Source: Epiperipatus broadwayi (Eukaryota > Animalia > Onychophora). Taken from it: DNA of 64,000 nt. A program made the translations under genes and the position numbers. Location of the stretch: the NCBI GenBank assembly GCA_028023455.1, contig JAQFVV010000009.1, positions 7,564,001 through 7,628,000 of the forward strand, written 5' to 3'. Positions 60,901 to 64,000 of this stretch are shown here, piece by piece. Within the stretch, counting starts at the first letter, position 1. Each line of letters begins with the position of its first letter. Under the pieces are notes generated by a model. That model was not told the origin of the DNA. It did not search any database and was given only the letters and a program-made list of their open reading frames with translations.

Positions 60901-63900
60901 TTGTGGGACATCAAGTGCCATGAGTGTATTGTCCATCATTCACATAATTCCATAGATAACACTCTGGATGTCAACACATATACACTCAAACCTATGCACA
61001 TTACAAACACTACTATGCATGAACTACCTTTGTAATCATAAGGATTCTAAGTACTATGAGCAAAAGAAAATATATACATTTAGTTTATTCTATTATTAAA
61101 TAATTTAATTGAGATAACACAACTCTATGATAAAGTCAGTCACACACAATAAAGACATCAGAAAAAAATAATCCCAGAAATTGTTTAATAAATTTAATTA
61201 ATAAAAAATATATATTAGAAAATGATAATGTGACAAACTCAAAGATAATACACATATTGATCAATCCTATTCCTGCATCCAATATAATTTTGTATATCAC
61301 ATGTAAGTATTATTCATTTCTGATCATTTAAAATGAACATTTATTCCTTTACAATAACCAAACCATAAAAAATATTTCACAATAAATAAAGGAAATAATT
61401 TTAAGTTAAACCTTTCACCCTTTATTTTTGTAACAATAAAGCTGTTTCCATACAATTTTTACCTAGTAAAAAATATTTTAACAAACTACTAAAAAAATTA
61501 TTCCATATTTTTAAATATTCACTTCTCTATAAAGTAACATTTATTGTCGCCTAGTTGAATGTTTATTCTTGTAAATCTTAAGATAGTAATCTAAGTTTTT
61601 GTTTTATAGTTTCTCAATAGATATATTTATCTTTTTTCTTTGTAGCTCCATTTTTCCAATTGAACAATTATTTTCATTTCATTTTTTATTCATTTAGCCT
61701 TTTCTTTCTTTTTTTAACTGCAGGTTTCCAATTTAACAATTATTTTTATTGCAAGTTAATATAAGTTAAGATAGCAATGATTTTGAATGTATCAATATAC
61801 AAGACTTGTTCAAAGTTTTCCACAAGGATATTTCCCTTCTTCTATATTCCTTTTTAGTGAAGTTGGTTATATAGTTAGGTTAATAATGATAAACTTTTAG
61901 CAAGACCTTAGCACATAGTACTTGTAAACTCCATAATGTTGTTACAGATTAAAACATAGCACTATATAAATAAATAGCTCATTATATATATGATTTAATA
62001 AACATAATTTTTCTTTTTTAAAAAACTAAGAGTGAGATAGACTTTCAAGCTGGGCTTCTGACTGCTGAACTTACCACTATTGAACTATGCTAAATTATCC
62101 TGCCCAAATAATTTTTTGTTTTTTAAAAAATAACTCTAATATCAATTGTGCATCCAATCATGACTATCTCAGAAATTACTGCAGTAAGCTTTGACCAAAT
62201 GATTTTCTTTCATTTTTTTTCAATTTTTTTCTTTTTAAAAAATATTTTCTTTATACACTAATTGAAAAATAACTTTTAATTTTTTCAGAAATAAAGATCT
62301 TAATCTTTTTTTTTTTGACAAAATAAAATGTGCTATTTATATACCTGATCCTAATCTCTCTTTTTTTTTTCAAAACTAAAATACATTAAAAAAAGCTACA
62401 CACACACACACAAATAGCTCATACATCTATACTTGAATCTTTTAATATGTTTAATCTAGCTAAATTGCTATTTAATAACTCACTTATTCTGCAGCTAACA
62501 TAAGAGGTAATTCTTAATATATATATATAATACTTTTATCCATGTAATATTATATGAGCAGAATCATTAACCGAATATACATGATAATATTCATTCATCT
62601 TGATTAAGCTAAAGAAAAACACCAATTTACTCTATGCCTTTTAATATAATTTATTCCCATTTGATTTTAATAAATATTCAACTAGTTTTGGTCAAATAAT
62701 AAACTCAAACACTTTACAATTTAATAAGTTAATAATATAGAAAATGTATTAAGATAAGGACAATTAACAGCATATATATATATATACTTATTAAAAATAT
62801 AATTAAAACTTTTGATTAAATATAATTTATGTATTTAAATAATATTAACAATTCTTCAGTAAAGCACTGAATCTTGAACATGATTGATTAATTATTGTAG
62901 AATTTAAGTCAAAAGAAAAGCAATATTGTTTTTAAAACCTCTAAAATAAATAGTTATTTTAAAAAAATATATATATATAACTTTTAGTAGTTATTCAATA
63001 CTTACATCAATTTCATGAAAACATTAACAATAACTACATTAAAATTATTGTACATCTAATGAAAGTTAAACATTCATTTTAAATAACTGACATAGCATAC
63101 ATAAAACGAACTTTAAAGTGATAATTATTACTAAAATAAATTTAAGCCAATAAACATCACATTACCACCACTTCTTTTTTAAGATAAATTTACTTGTTAA
63201 TTTCAACAGTAATATTAACAAAGTCTATTATTATATTATTTTTTAGTGCTCATTCTATATATTTTCTAGGATTATATACAGGCTTGACATGAACAATTTT
63301 GAAAATAAATAAAGATTGTATATTATAAGCTTCAAAGTATCATTTTTCATGTAAGTCTATTAATTCTTAACAAAAGCATGACATCGCATGACATTGTGAG
63401 ATAGCTGTTCTTTTAGAATTTGTAGACAGTTTGCCCAAAGTTTTTCTAATCATTTAACCATCCATGTTATTGATATAGTGATCTATTGAAAAATATAGAA
63501 CAAATCAATCTATTCTCTAGTAGTATCTGGAAGACATGTTATAATATCTGCAATACTGAAATTATTCCACTCAAATTCCCAACTCAAAATTTTAACTGAC
63601 TAAATTTGCTTTCTCTGACTTTTATAGAAGTCTGTATTTTGAAATTACATTTGTTTTTCAAAATATATATTTTTCTTTATAGTTTTTTTTTTTCAAATTT
63701 CTTAATTAGTTTATTTATCCATTATTTGCCTATATTGCAATCTCAATTCAAAGCTGAATATACATTTTTACATATTTTCTGGCAAAAAAAGGAGGGATCT
63801 ATAACATTTTTTAATTTTCTAAAACCACATCAAATTTCTAGCAATTGGATTATTCTATACAATATATCAAAAGCATCAGAAATTCATAATAATTATATCC

Positions 63901-64000
63901 TAATCTAATATAAACAAAAACAAAAATGAGAAAAATGCAGACAGAGAAACAAAAGACTTCTTTCATTGAAAGCAGCATGTAGCTTTTGATGAACCAACAT

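Noticed and set aside
530-63908. Most short ORFs in the supplied track (for example 996-1229, 3023-3241, 4312-4563, 13318-13551, 29906-30109, 35344-35529, 51151-51333, 53877-54143, 54564-54920, 55219-55443, 63606-63908) as genes
   Set aside because: They are antisense shadows of TE coding frames, LTR or MITE interiors, or low-complexity F/L/I/K-rich frames expected in AT-rich DNA.
58100-64000. Hidden coding or structured elements in the terminal ~6 kb
   Set aside because: I could see only homopolymers, short (CA)/(TA) runs and unassignable GC-elevated patches (for example 59130-59160 and 60860-61060). Nothing was supportable.

Overview
This is very AT-rich, strongly CpG-depleted eukaryotic DNA, most likely from an invertebrate animal (inferred from the RTE, hAT and K02A2.6-type Gypsy repertoire and an animal-type tRNA-Gly). 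It has no prokaryotic features, no CRISPR array and no rRNA. Much of the window is transposon debris. This includes a decayed Ty3/Gypsy element with its 3' LTR (398-4641), five RTE-type LINE copies or fragments (two full length), three L1/Tx1-like LINEs, two further decayed LINEs, a complete hAT transposon with an RTE nested in its transposase, a second hAT fragment and several MITE-like inverted-repeat elements. Non-TE signals are a tRNA-Gly(TCC)-like gene, three CpG-retaining islands and a candidate micro-exon host gene on the + strand (about 10.2-15.6 kb) that I cannot name. The most interesting observations are: (1) a CpG-decayed minimal hammerhead ribozyme core at 49424-49452 (-); (2) an inverted, 86%-identical duplication of a LINE zinc-finger segment forming a 77-bp hairpin; (3) two divergent L1-like elements with a YMDD catalytic motif; (4) a 417-bp terminally redundant insert flanked by a 13-bp target duplication; (5) two independent full-length RTE copies starting at the identical 5' nucleotide. 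All counts were made by eye and no database search was run, so family assignments rest on recognisable motifs. I found no intact, clearly novel multi-gene system.
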